Source: Pseudomonadota bacterium (lineage in GTDB: Bacteria; Pseudomonadota; Gammaproteobacteria; Burkholderiales; JALYOK01). Taken from it: a stretch of DNA of 34,801 nt. Each line of letters starts with the position of its first letter. Position 1 is the first letter of the stretch. The notes beneath the pieces are model-generated. The model was given only the letters and a program-made list of their open reading frames with translations. It was not told the origin of the DNA and made no database searches. Positions 15,197-24,240 of this stretch are shown piece by piece. The stretch is taken from assembly GCA_031371465.1 (NCBI GenBank), contig JANMJR010000185.1:1-34801 (forward strand). Reading direction: 5' to 3'. The position numbers and the translations under genes were made by a program.

Positions 15197-17095
15197 ATGA
15201 TCAATTTACGTAACCTAACCCTCGCGCGCGGCAACAAAGTGCTGCTCGACGCGGTTGATGTGACTTTTCAGCAAGGCCAGAACATCGGTCTGGTCGGCGC
15301 CAATGGCGCGGGTAAAACCACACTGTTCGCGCTGCTGCGCGGTGAAATCCAACAAGATGGCGGCGATCTCGACATGCCGCCACGGATGAGCATTGCCCAC
15401 GTCGCGCAAGAAATGCTGGCGCTGGATCGCGCCGCCATCGAATATGCCCTCGACGGCGATGTCGAATTGCGCCGGATTGAACAGGATCTGCTGATCGCCG
15501 AGGCCAAGGACGACGGCCACGCCCTGGCGGAATTGCATCATCAACTGGATTTGATCGGCGGCTACAGCGCCCGCAGCCGCGCTGGGGCGTTGCTGCATGG
15601 CCTAGGCTTTGCGGTGAGCGAACATGACAAGCCGGTCGCCGCGTTTTCCGGCGGCTGGCGCATGCGCTTGAATTTGGCGCAGGCGCTCATGTGCCGTTCC
15701 GATTTGCTGTTGCTCGACGAGCCGACCAATCACTTGGATTTGGAAACCGTGCTGTGGCTGGAGCAATGGCTCGGCAGGTATCAAGGCACGCTCATCCTGA
15801 TTTCCCACGACCGCGATTTCCTCGATGCCAGCGTCAGCCACATCTGCCACTTTGATCGGCAAACTCTCAAGCTGTACCCAGGAAACTACAGCGCCTTCGA
15901 GCGTCAGCGCGCGGCGAATTTGGCGCAACAACAAGCTTCGTTTGAAAAGCAGCAGCGCGAGATCGCCCATCTGCATGCCTTCATCGATCGCTTCCGGGCT
16001 AAAGCGACCAAGGCGCGCCAGGCGCAAAGCCGCATGAAGGCGCTGGACCGCATGGAAGAAATCGCGCCGGCCCACGTCGATTCGCCGTTCACTTTTCGCC
16101 TGCGCGAGTTTGCCCAAGCGCCGGATCCGCTGTTGACCCTAGACCATGTTGCAGCCGGCTATGGCGACAAACCGGTGCTCACCAAGGTGAATCTGGTGAT
16201 TCGCGCCGGCGAGCGCATCGGCTTGCTCGGCAAAAACGGCGCGGGCAAATCGACGCTGATCAAGTTGCTTGCAGGGGAGCTTAAAGCCATGGCAGGCGAG
16301 CGCCACGAGGGCAAGGGACTCGCCGTCGGCTATTTCGCCCAACATCAGTTGGAACATCTGCGCCTGGACGAATCGCCGCTGCAACACCTGGTTCGCCTTG
16401 ATGGCAAAACACGCGAGCAGGAATTGCGCAACTTCCTCGGCGGTTTCAATTTTCATGGCGAACAGGCGCTCAGCGCGGTCGCACCATTTTCCGGCGGGGA
16501 AAAAGCGCGTTTGGCCTTGGCGCTGCTCATTTGGCAGCGACCGAATTTACTCCTGCTCGACGAGCCGACCAACCATCTGGATTTGGAAATGCGCCATGCG
16601 CTGAACCTGGCGCTGCAAGAATACGAAGGCGCGATCGTCGTGGTTTCCCATGATCGGCATTTGCTTAAGACCACGACCGAGACGTTGCTGCTGGTCGCTA
16701 ACGGCGTCGTGACTGAGTTCGACGGCGACCTCGACGACTATCGCACGTGGCTAAACCAAGCCGACTCCGCCTCCGACGCCGAACCCACACTGTCGATCAG
16801 CGTCAGCGCCACCGACCGCCGCGAGCAGAAGCGCCAAGAGGCGGAGGTGCGCAATGCCCTCTCCGCCAAACGCCGACCGCTGGAAAACGCCGTGCGCGCT
16901 ATCGAAAAGGAAATGGCGCGCCACCAAGTTGAAAAAAACCGCTTGGATGGACTGATCGCGACCGATGCGCTGTATGGCGAAGGTCGAAAAGAAGACCTCA
17001 AGCGCGCGCTGCGACAACAAGCCGAAATCAACGCCAGACTAAGCGAATTGGAGGAAAGCTGGCTATTGCGGCATTCGGAACTGGAGCTGCTGTAG
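15197..17095 (+). CDS. ABC-F family ATPase (YheS-like, two ABC domains, no permease)
   Basis: The ORF track starts at 15128. The conserved N-terminus begins at ATG 15197 (MINLRNLTLARGNKVLLD...). Two Walker A motifs (GANGAGKTT, GKNGAGKST) and two signatures (FSGGWRMR, FSGGEKAR) are present. The linker and the C-terminal coiled-coil tail are typical of ABC-F proteins. Confidence 0.88.
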   Translation: MINLRNLTLARGNKVLLDAVDVTFQQGQNIGLVGANGAGKTTLFALLRGEIQQDGGDLDMPPRMSIAHVAQEMLALDRAAIEYALDGDVELRRIEQDLLIAEAKDDGHALAELHHQLDLIGGYSARSRAGALLHGLGFAVSEHDKPVAAFSGGWRMRLNLAQALMCRSDLLLLDEPTNHLDLETVLWLEQWLGRYQGTLILISHDRDFLDASVSHICHFDRQTLKLYPGNYSAFERQRAANLAQQQASFEKQQREIAHLHAFIDRFRAKATKARQAQSRMKALDRMEEIAPAHVDSPFTFRLREFAQAPDPLLTLDHVAAGYGDKPVLTKVNLVIRAGERIGLLGKNGAGKSTLIKLLAGELKAMAGERHEGKGLAVGYFAQHQLEHLRLDESPLQHLVRLDGKTREQELRNFLGGFNFHGEQALSAVAPFSGGEKARLALALLIWQRPNLLLLDEPTNHLDLEMRHALNLALQEYEGAIVVVSHDRHLLKTTTETLLLVANGVVTEFDGDLDDYRTWLNQADSASDAEPTLSISVSATDRREQKRQEAEVRNALSAKRRPLENAVRAIEKEMARHQVEKNRLDGLIATDALYGEGRKEDLKRALRQQAEINARLSELEESWLLRHSELELL

Positions 17096-17201
17096 CGTTG
17101 AGCGAACGATCGTGCGATGCGCTTTCGTTTGCTTTATAATCGCGGCAGAATAAAAAGCAGCAATGTAGTCACAATTAACCCGGCAGGTATCGGGAAAACA
17201 A

Positions 17202-17828
17202 ATGGATAATGCTGTCAACCTACCCAGTGGCGCAATCCTCTGGGGCAAGGCTCAAGCGCTGAACGAGAAGACGGTTGCAGGTTTAGGATTCTTGGTGTTT
17301 CTTCTCGTCGTCTGCGCCTCGATTGCGGTGCGAATCAGCCTTGAGACAAATGCGCGTCAACAGGTCGACGCGCTGCGGCCTGTCGTGGCCGCCGAGCGCT
17401 CGTTGGTTAAAGGGGATGTTTTGATTCCCGTCACCTTGAGCATCAAGTTTGAGAACAGTAAAGCGACATTGCGCGGAACGCTCCCGGACGAGAAATTCCA
17501 CGACACCGTGGTCAATCGCGCCAAGGCGATGTACGGGTCAAGTAACGTGCAAGACAATCTTGGCGTCGAACCGGGGATTGTCCTAACCCCGTGGTTCGAT
17601 TCGGTGCTGAAGTGGTTTCCGCCCAGAATCGAGCAAATCCAGTCCGGCGAGATCAGTGTGAACGGGATGAGCGTGCTGATATTCGGCCATGCGCCGGATA
17701 TTTCCGCAAAGCTTGGCGTCGGCAGCGCCGTCACCCAATTAGTCGGGCCGGAAGGCCGGGTGCTTAATGACCTACAGGTCGTAACTGTTGATTCCGCGGC
17801 GCCCGTGACGAAGGAGGGAAGGCGATGA
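17202..17828 (+). CDS. hypothetical membrane-anchored protein with two BON-like repeats
   Basis: 208 aa with one TM helix (VAGLGFLVFLLVVCASIAVRI). Two segments have a BON-like pattern: ATLRGTLPDEKFHDTVVNRAKAMYGSSNVQDNLGV and MSVLIFGHAPDISAKLGVGSAVTQLVGPEGRVLNDLQV. This is a by-eye assignment only. Confidence 0.45.
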   Translation: MDNAVNLPSGAILWGKAQALNEKTVAGLGFLVFLLVVCASIAVRISLETNARQQVDALRPVVAAERSLVKGDVLIPVTLSIKFENSKATLRGTLPDEKFHDTVVNRAKAMYGSSNVQDNLGVEPGIVLTPWFDSVLKWFPPRIEQIQSGEISVNGMSVLIFGHAPDISAKLGVGSAVTQLVGPEGRVLNDLQVVTVDSAAPVTKEGRR

Positions 17829-18109
17829 TCGCGATCGCGCTGCAAACCACTATCAGCTTGATTCTGAGTTTCGCGGTCGGCTTCGTAACGGCATGGATCA
17901 TGCGCGGCGGACGCGAGCAACGGGGCTTCGAAGAATTTTTCGCCAGTTGGCGCAGTCGCTATGACCAACTCGAGCGAGATCGCGATGATCGTCTGGCTCA
18001 AGTCAGTCGCTTACAAAAGGAGTTAGACGCGGCAAACGAGCGCTTCGCGATCTCGCGCAATCCGCCGGAACGCGAAACGGCAACGACAGAAACTTCACCC
18101 GATCGGTAG
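17825..18109 (+). CDS. hypothetical small membrane protein with a coiled-coil tail
   Basis: 94 aa. It has an N-terminal TM helix (IALQTTISLILSFAVGFVTAWIM) followed by a charged helical region. An ATGA start/stop overlap with the upstream gene lies at 17825-17828. Confidence 0.45.
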   Translation: MIAIALQTTISLILSFAVGFVTAWIMRGGREQRGFEEFFASWRSRYDQLERDRDDRLAQVSRLQKELDAANERFAISRNPPERETATTETSPDR

Positions 18110-18126
18110 CGCTTTAAGACGTCACA

Positions 18127-18399
18127 TTATTTTGCCGGCGGCACGTAGCCCGAAACCTGCTCGGCGCCGTCACCGAAAAAGTGCTGTTCCATCTGCTGCT
18201 CCAAATACTTGCGCGCTTTAATGTCGGCTAGGTTGAGTCGATTCTCATTGATTAGCATTTTTTGATAATCGACCCAGCCCTTCCATGCCTCCTTACACAC
18301 CTGTTCGTAAATTCGTTTACCCAGCGCGCCGGGATAAGGCGGAAAATCCAGCCCCTCCGCTTCTCGTTTCAGTTTCACACATTGGATCATTCGGGTCAT
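18127..18399 (-). CDS. yggX: Fe(2+)-trafficking protein YggX
   Basis: 90 aa. [28 protein letters not shown]...MLINENRLN closely parallels E. coli YggX ([28 protein letters not shown]...MLINEKKLN). Confidence 0.9.
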   Translation of the reverse strand: MTRMIQCVKLKREAEGLDFPPYPGALGKRIYEQVCKEAWKGWVDYQKMLINENRLNLADIKARKYLEQQMEQHFFGDGAEQVSGYVPPAK

Positions 18400-18412
18400 A
18401 TTGAGTCCTATT

Positions 18413-18654
18413 ATCCTAGAAACGGTAGTTGACCGCCGCGTCTGGGGTGCAACAGCATGATTTTAAATATTTTCTTTATATACTTTACGCTCACCCATTG
18501 GGTGAGACCTCGCTACGGGGCGGATTGCGCAGTTCTGGCGGCGCCGGGCGGCGTTGCAACTCGTTGGAATGGAACAACCATTCCGCCTCGCCGCGCCTTG
18601 CCCCGCACCCCCATAACCGCACACTCCACCCCGTCCAACTACCGTTTCTAGGAT
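18413..18654. mobile_element. MITE-like non-autonomous element (242 bp) with terminal inverted repeats and a 4-bp target-site duplication
   Basis: The left end is ATCCTAGAAACGGTAGTTGAC (18413-18433). The reverse complement of the right end (18633-18654) is ATCCTAGAAACGGTAGTTGGAC, with 19 identical leading bases. Direct TATT lies at 18409-18412 and 18655-18658. There is no credible ORF inside. Internal hairpins include CTCACCCattGGGTGAG and GGAATGGaacaaCCATTCC. Confidence 0.65.
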
Positions 18655-19979
18655 TATTTCTTGCCAATTAAGCGCTTCACCAGCACCTTGGAACGGCGCT
18701 CATAGCTATAGCTTTTCTGTTTCTGGTCCGGCAATAGCTCTACGCTCGTCTCCTCGAAGCCACGCTCGATGAACCAGTGAAAGCTGCGCGCCGAGAGTAC
18801 GAACAGGTTGCGAATGCCGGATTTTTTTGCGCGGGTTTCGACGTGCGTGAGCAGCGTGTCGCCACGACCGAGGTTGCGGTATGAGGGATTCACGGCCATA
18901 CACGCCAGTTCCGCAGCCTTGTCGCCCTGGAACGGGAAAAACGCGACGCAGCCAATGATGGCGCCGTCGTAATCGAGCACGGAAAAATTATTGATTTCCA
19001 CTTCGATTTGTTCGCGCGAGCGCTTCACCAAAATCCCCTCCGCTTCCAGCGGCTCGATCAAGCGAATAATTCCGCCAACATCTTGGATGGTCGCCGTGCG
19101 TAATTTTTCCAGTGGGTCGCGGGTGACCATGGTGCCGATACCCGCGCGGGTGAACAACTCCGACAGCAATCCTCCATCGATATTGCGGTCAATAATGTGG
19201 CAACGGCCGACGCTTTCTTTGCAGGCGCGAACCGCGCACGGGACGTAGAGACGAATATCTTCCGGCTGCTTATGATTTTTTGCCAGTTCAGTTTCCGCAT
19301 CTTGGGCGGTGATTTCGCTTAGCAGTTTGCCGCGCTTATCCAGCATGCCGGGGCCGTCCATCAAAAAAATGAGCTTGTCGGCCTTGAGCGCAATGGCGGC
19401 GCTGGTGGCGACATCTTCCAGCGCCAGGTTAAATACTTCGCCGGTTGGTGAATACCCTAGTGGCGAGAGCAACACGATCTCCTCGTCCTCAAGACGGCGT
19501 CGTATGCCATCGGCGTCAATCTTGCGAACCGTGCCGGTATGCAGCAGATCGATGCCGTCGATCACGCCAATGGGTCGCGCCGTGACGGAATTGCCGCTCG
19601 CAACGCGGATGTCGGAGCCGGCCATGGGCGAATTGGGTAAGCCCATGGACAGTAGCGCCTCGATCTCGACGCGAACCGTGCCGGTGGCCTCTTTCACGAC
19701 CGCCAATGTTTCCGCATCGGTCACCCGCAAGCCACGCACGAATTCCGATTGATGGTTAGTTTTATTCAGCCTCGCCTCAATCTGTGGCCGCGTGCCATGA
19801 ACCAACACCAAGCGCACGCCCAGGCTTTCAAGCAAGTTTAAGTCATGCACCAACGCGACGAACTTGCCACCCTCCACGACTTCTCCGCCAAACGCGATAA
19901 CGAAAATCTTGTCGCGGAAAGCGTGGATGTACGGCGCCGCCAAGCGAAACGAGGTGACGAATGAATCAGATTTGGCCAT
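18654..19979 (-). CDS. argA: amino-acid N-acetyltransferase (N-acetylglutamate synthase)
   Basis: 441 aa. It has an N-terminal amino-acid kinase-like domain (FRLAAPYIHAFRDKIFVIAFGGE) and a C-terminal GNAT domain (YRNLGRGDTLL). Confidence 0.9.
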   Translation of the reverse strand: MAKSDSFVTSFRLAAPYIHAFRDKIFVIAFGGEVVEGGKFVALVHDLNLLESLGVRLVLVHGTRPQIEARLNKTNHQSEFVRGLRVTDAETLAVVKEATGTVRVEIEALLSMGLPNSPMAGSDIRVASGNSVTARPIGVIDGIDLLHTGTVRKIDADGIRRRLEDEEIVLLSPLGYSPTGEVFNLALEDVATSAAIALKADKLIFLMDGPGMLDKRGKLLSEITAQDAETELAKNHKQPEDIRLYVPCAVRACKESVGRCHIIDRNIDGGLLSELFTRAGIGTMVTRDPLEKLRTATIQDVGGIIRLIEPLEAEGILVKRSREQIEVEINNFSVLDYDGAIIGCVAFFPFQGDKAAELACMAVNPSYRNLGRGDTLLTHVETRAKKSGIRNLFVLSARSFHWFIERGFEETSVELLPDQKQKSYSYERRSKVLVKRLIGKK

Positions 19980-20023
19980 GGGTGAGCGGGTTGCCGATTA
20001 AGTTTAGTATTCTAAACACATTG

Positions 20024-20755
20024 TTAGAAATCGCCCCAGAGAACCTGCATCGCCGCCAACGCCGCCAGTGGCGCGGTTTCCGTGCGTAATACCCGTTGGC
20101 CCATGCGCACGGAGGTGAAGCCTTTGACTCGCGCAAAGGCCACTTCCTCTTGATTCAGCCCACCTTCCGGACCGACAACCAGGCTCACTTCCCCCGTTGG
20201 CGTCGGGCAATCGCGTAATGATTGTTCGACGTGGGGCGAGAGCATCAAGCGCGTGGTCGCCGGATCCGTCGCCGCAACCCATTCTTCAAACGCTAGAATG
20301 ACCTCGATTTTCGGCACCGTATTGCGGCCACATTGCTCGCAAGCGGAGACGACGACGTTCTGCCAATGCTGCAAGCGTTTTTCGGCGCGCTCTTGCTTCA
20401 GGCGCACCACCGCGCGATTCGTTTGCAGCGGCTGGATGCGCGTGACACCCAACTCCACCGCCTTCTGCAAGGTGTAGTCCATTTTGTCGCCAGTGGTTAT
20501 CGCTTGCGCGAGGCAGACGCGCACGTTGGATTCGCGTTCGATGTCGTGACGTCGGCCAATAGCAACCGTGACGCTGTCTTTATCGATGCGATGGATACTC
20601 GCTTCATATTCACCGCCCTCGCCATTGAACAGCCGCACCTCGTCGCCGCGCTTCAAACGCAGCACGCGAATCGCGTGATGCGCCGCGCCCCTGGGAAGGT
20701 CTGCCTGGGCGCGATGGGTGAGATTAATAGAGCAAAACAAGCGCGTGATGGCCAT
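20024..20755 (-). CDS. rsmE: 16S rRNA (uracil1498-N3)-methyltransferase
   Basis: 243 aa. It has a PUA-like N-terminus (HHAIRVLRLKRGDEVRLFNG) and a SPOUT C-terminus (LVVGPEGGLNQEEV...RVLRTETA). Confidence 0.85.
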   Translation of the reverse strand: MAITRLFCSINLTHRAQADLPRGAAHHAIRVLRLKRGDEVRLFNGEGGEYEASIHRIDKDSVTVAIGRRHDIERESNVRVCLAQAITTGDKMDYTLQKAVELGVTRIQPLQTNRAVVRLKQERAEKRLQHWQNVVVSACEQCGRNTVPKIEVILAFEEWVAATDPATTRLMLSPHVEQSLRDCPTPTGEVSLVVGPEGGLNQEEVAFARVKGFTSVRMGQRVLRTETAPLAALAAMQVLWGDF

Positions 20756-20960
20756 GCTGCAGGTCGGTTCGGGTGATGACCCATGTTATCATAGGCACAT
20801 CAACTCACCTCAGCCGTACAAACGCGTGGCCACCCCACCAGTAGCTGTCTCAAACATCCTCCGGCGAGCGCCGGTCAATGAACCGCTTTCGAGCGATGGC
20901 AAGCTTGCGACGCGACTAGTCTGACAAGTGGGAACAGTCGGCGCTCACAACGTTTCCCCC

Positions 20961-21743
20961 ATGCTTGCCGCCACCATCGCTGCGGTAAAAAAAGTTGCGC
21001 GCGAAGAAGTGATGCCGCGCTATCTGAAAGTCGCCCACGAACGCAAAACCGACGGCAGCCTGTTCACCCAAGCCGACATCGCCGCACAAAACGCGTTGCG
21101 CAAAGAACTGACCGCCATTCGCGATTGCCCGTTGTTGGGTGAAGAAATGAAGGACGATGAGCATCTGGAGCTATGGAAGCGCGGCAACGAGGGCATCTGG
21201 TGCGTCGATCCGATTGACGGCACCTCGAATTTTGTCAACGGCATCCCTTACTTCGCCGTATCTGTTGCACTTTTGCAGAATCAGTGGCCGGTGCTGGGCG
21301 TAGTCTATGATCCCGTCGCGGAAGAAGCGTTCTACGCCGAACGCGGCTGCGGGGCGTACTTGAATGGCGTCGAATTGCCGATCCACGAAAGCAGCATGAG
21401 GTTGCGCGAAGCCATCGCAGAAGTAGATTTCAAGCGCCTTCCCGGCCCATTGCGCTTAGCGCTCGCGGAAAAACCGCCGTTTGCTTCGCAACGAAATTTC
21501 GGCGCCGCAACGCTCGAGTGGTGCTACGTCGCCGCTGGGCGCTTCAATCTTTACCTGCACGGCGGCCAAAAACTCTGGGACTACGCCGCGGGAAGTTTGA
21601 TTTTGAGTGAGGCGGGCGGGCAAATGGCCACCTTCGACAGCGACGATTTTTGGAATGGCGACACATGGAAGCGCTCAGTGATCGCGGGCTTACAACCGTC
21701 GCTGTTCGCGGAATGGAAGAGTTGGGTGCGGGCTAGACTTTAG
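20961..21743 (+). CDS. inositol monophosphatase family protein
   Basis: The ORF track starts at GTG 20928. ATG 20961 (MLAATIAAVKKVAREEV) is preferred. The motifs LLGEE, WCVDPIDGTSNF and WDYAAG are present. Confidence 0.85.
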   Translation: MLAATIAAVKKVAREEVMPRYLKVAHERKTDGSLFTQADIAAQNALRKELTAIRDCPLLGEEMKDDEHLELWKRGNEGIWCVDPIDGTSNFVNGIPYFAVSVALLQNQWPVLGVVYDPVAEEAFYAERGCGAYLNGVELPIHESSMRLREAIAEVDFKRLPGPLRLALAEKPPFASQRNFGAATLEWCYVAAGRFNLYLHGGQKLWDYAAGSLILSEAGGQMATFDSDDFWNGDTWKRSVIAGLQPSLFAEWKSWVRARL

Positions 21744-21794
21744 GGACGCTCTGAATAAGTCCGATTTCGTCATGATACTGCGTTGCGATCGCGC

Positions 21795-22787
21795 CTACTT
21801 TAACGCGAGGTAAGACTTGCTAATCGCGGCGCCAACGGTGTATTTAGGATCGACAAAATTACCCAGCCTTACTTTCCCGCATTGGCTCAACATCATGTAC
21901 GCGTCCCATTGATTGAAGCCATAATCGGCGGCCATCCAGCGCACTAACTCGCGATAGGCGATACGCGTCGCGTCTTCCAATGGACGCGTGCTGCCGATGG
22001 CCATGATGAAGTCCTCCTTTTCCAGCCGAGGCCATTCAATTTGCCATTTTTTGATTAGCTCGACGTGGATCGTCGTGGTGGTGGGATACTCAACGGCAAC
22101 GCCGCAGACTTCGCCATCGCCTTGGCACGCATGGGCGTCGCCGATGAACAGCCGCGCACCCGGGGACCTCACCGGCAAATAGGTAATGCTGCCGGGTCCC
22201 ATGTCCGGCAAATCCATGTTGCCACCGTGATTGTCGGGCGTGAGCGAGTTGATGGAATCGATTTCCGGTGACAAACTTAATGTGCCGATATGCGGGCTGT
22301 AGGGCAGCGTGACGCGGTCGCTCCAGTAAACATATTTTTCGTCGAGGTTAATTTTGCGAACGATTTCCGGCAGCGGATCGTTTAGCGTTGCTGTGTAATA
22401 GGTTCCGGTGAGCGCGCCGAATTCCGGGATCATGCAGCACGTTCCCAAGGGATTGTGGCCGCGCGGAACCATGCTTTCGATATAAACCGCAATCACATCG
22501 CCTTTTTCCGCGCCTTCGATCATGATGGGGCCATTCTGCGGATTGAGAAACGGCATCACCAGTTTTTCCGTCGGCTTATCTTGTTCGGTCTTGATCGCGC
22601 CTTCGAACGCATCGCGAGTTTCGACGACGACCCGATCGCCGGGCTTGATAAACAGCACGGGTTCGGAATAAGGCCCCATCGTGTAGTGATACTTGCCTTG
22701 TTTGGCTTCGGTGAGTTTATGGGTCGCGCCAATTTTTCCTTTGGCAATGCCTTGGGTGTGCATGATCGAAGATTTAAGCCAATCCAT
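21795..22787 (-). CDS. acetamidase/formamidase family amidohydrolase (FmdA/AmdA family)
   Basis: 330 aa. NPQNGPIMIEGAEKGDVIAVYI, GGNMDLPD and FIGDAHACQGDGEVCGVAVE are typical of the FmdA_AmdA family. A strong ribosome-binding site (AGGAGG) lies 7 nt upstream. The gene starts 26 nt downstream of the urtE-like stop. Confidence 0.85.
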   Translation of the reverse strand: MDWLKSSIMHTQGIAKGKIGATHKLTEAKQGKYHYTMGPYSEPVLFIKPGDRVVVETRDAFEGAIKTEQDKPTEKLVMPFLNPQNGPIMIEGAEKGDVIAVYIESMVPRGHNPLGTCCMIPEFGALTGTYYTATLNDPLPEIVRKINLDEKYVYWSDRVTLPYSPHIGTLSLSPEIDSINSLTPDNHGGNMDLPDMGPGSITYLPVRSPGARLFIGDAHACQGDGEVCGVAVEYPTTTTIHVELIKKWQIEWPRLEKEDFIMAIGSTRPLEDATRIAYRELVRWMAADYGFNQWDAYMMLSQCGKVRLGNFVDPKYTVGAAISKSYLALK

Positions 22788-22813
22788 AATGATTCCTCCT
22801 GAGAAATGTGTTC

Positions 22814-23527
22814 TTACACCGCTAAGTATCGGCGCACCACGGCTGGGTCCGCCAATTTCTGCGGCGCAACTTCGTCGACGATTCGGCCTTTATCCATCAC
22901 GTAACAACGTTGCGCCATGTGCATGATCATGTCGACGTTCTGTTCGACAAACAGCACGGTCAATCCGATTTCCTTATTCAGCTCTCGGATATTTTCGGCA
23001 ATTTGTTGCACGATCGAAGGCTGTATACCTTCGGAAGGCTCATCCAGCAACATCAAATCCGGATTGCCGATCAACGCCCGTCCGATCGCAAGTTGCTGTT
23101 GTTCGCCGCCGCTCATGGTCCCCGCCTTTTGTTCGCGCCGCTCGGCAAGGATGGGAAAATATTTGTACACCAAGTCCGTCAGCTTAGTTACCTTGTGACG
23201 GCTGATCAGATTGCCCATGAACAAATTCTCCGCGACAGTCAATTGCGGAAACACTTCGCGGCCTTGCGGGATATAGCCCATACCGAGTCCCGCGCGCCGG
23301 TTGGCAGGTTCTGCAGTAACATCGCCACCGTTGAACCAAATACTGCCGGCGTTGCACGGCAACAGTCCGATCAGGCACTTCATCAAGGTCGATTTACCAA
23401 CGCCATTGCGTCCGATAATCGCGACGATCTCACCTTTATTAACGGTGAATTCCATACCCTGCAAAATCGGCGTGCTGCCGTAGCCGGTACGCGCGCCCTT
23501 CACTTGGAGCATCTCGATGCCCGCCAT
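22814..23527 (-). CDS. urtE: urea/short-chain amide ABC transporter ATP-binding protein UrtE-like
   Basis: The ORF runs 22814-23812. The conserved start is Met96 (ATG 23527-23525), overlapping the upstream stop by 1 nt. Motifs are GRNGVGKST, IPQGREVFPQLTV, SGGEQQQLAIGRAL and LDEPSEGIQPSIV (UrtE hallmark). Confidence 0.75.
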   Translation of the reverse strand: MAGIEMLQVKGARTGYGSTPILQGMEFTVNKGEIVAIIGRNGVGKSTLMKCLIGLLPCNAGSIWFNGGDVTAEPANRRAGLGMGYIPQGREVFPQLTVAENLFMGNLISRHKVTKLTDLVYKYFPILAERREQKAGTMSGGEQQQLAIGRALIGNPDLMLLDEPSEGIQPSIVQQIAENIRELNKEIGLTVLFVEQNVDMIMHMAQRCYVMDKGRIVDEVAPQKLADPAVVRRYLAV

Positions 23528-24240
23528 CAGACTTTCCCCAAATAGATGCGCGCAACGTCTTCGTTGTTGACGATTTCCTGTAACGATCCTTCGACGAAGA
23601 TCTTGCCGAAGTGCAGCACCGTCACTTTTTGTGCGATCTGCCGAACGAATGCCATGTCGTGTTCGATCACCAGGACGGTCATGCCCTGTTGATTGAGTTG
23701 CATGACCAATTCGCCGGTTTTGAACGTCTCTTCCGGTGACATACCGGCCGTGGGTTCGTCCAACAATAACAATGATGGCGCCAACGCAATGGCCATGCCG
23801 ATTTCCAGCCACTGCTTTTGCCCGTGGGACAGGTCGCCGGCACGCTTGGTCCGCGCGGACTGCAAATCCAACAGCGTCATCAACCGTTCTAACTCGGTTT
23901 GCGAACGCGGTTTGCTCATGCGATGTTGTAGCGCGATGAGAAGATTTTGCGCGACCGGCAGATCCTCGAAAATGCCCGGTACCTGGAACTTGATACTGAT
24001 CCCCTTTTCAATGCGTCGACAGGGCAACAACTTAGTGATGTTCTCACCGTTGAATAAAATTTCACCTGAGCTCGGCGGATAGCTACCCAGGATCAACTTG
24101 AACAACGTGCTCTTACCCGCGCCGTTGGGCCCGATCAGACAACGCAGCTCCCCGGACTCAATGCTTAAATCAATACCGTTGGTGGCATGCAGGCCGCCGA
24201 AATGCTTGCTGAGATTTTTCGTTTCCAGGATGGCCGTCAT
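23527..24240 (-). CDS. urtD: urea/short-chain amide ABC transporter ATP-binding protein UrtD-like
   Basis: 237 aa with GELRCLIGPNGAGKST (UrtD-type Walker A context), LSHGQKQWLEIGM and LLLDEPTAGM. Confidence 0.75.
   Translation of the reverse strand: MTAILETKNLSKHFGGLHATNGIDLSIESGELRCLIGPNGAGKSTLFKLILGSYPPSSGEILFNGENITKLLPCRRIEKGISIKFQVPGIFEDLPVAQNLLIALQHRMSKPRSQTELERLMTLLDLQSARTKRAGDLSHGQKQWLEIGMAIALAPSLLLLDEPTAGMSPEETFKTGELVMQLNQQGMTVLVIEHDMAFVRQIAQKVTVLHFGKIFVEGSLQEIVNNEDVARIYLGKV

Noticed and set aside
17112-17140. Sigma-70 promoter call upstream of the membrane-protein pair
   Set aside because: The -10 is a perfect TATAAT (17135-17140), but the best -35 at 17-nt spacing is GTGCGA (3/6). 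It is mentioned in a finding but is too weak to list as a feature.
17357-18001. 214-aa minus-strand ORF antisense to the two hypothetical membrane-protein genes
   Set aside because: It is Ser/Thr/Pro-rich and low-complexity, with no TM or domain-like pattern and no ribosome-binding site. The plus-strand pair has clean TM helices and an ATGA coupling, so the antisense ORF is treated as a GC-driven shadow ORF.
18429-18671. 80-aa and 64-aa ORFs inside the MITE-like element
   Set aside because: They are confined to the inverted-repeat-bounded element and lack a ribosome-binding site. Composition is Pro/Arg/Gly-rich, and they are far too small for a transposase.
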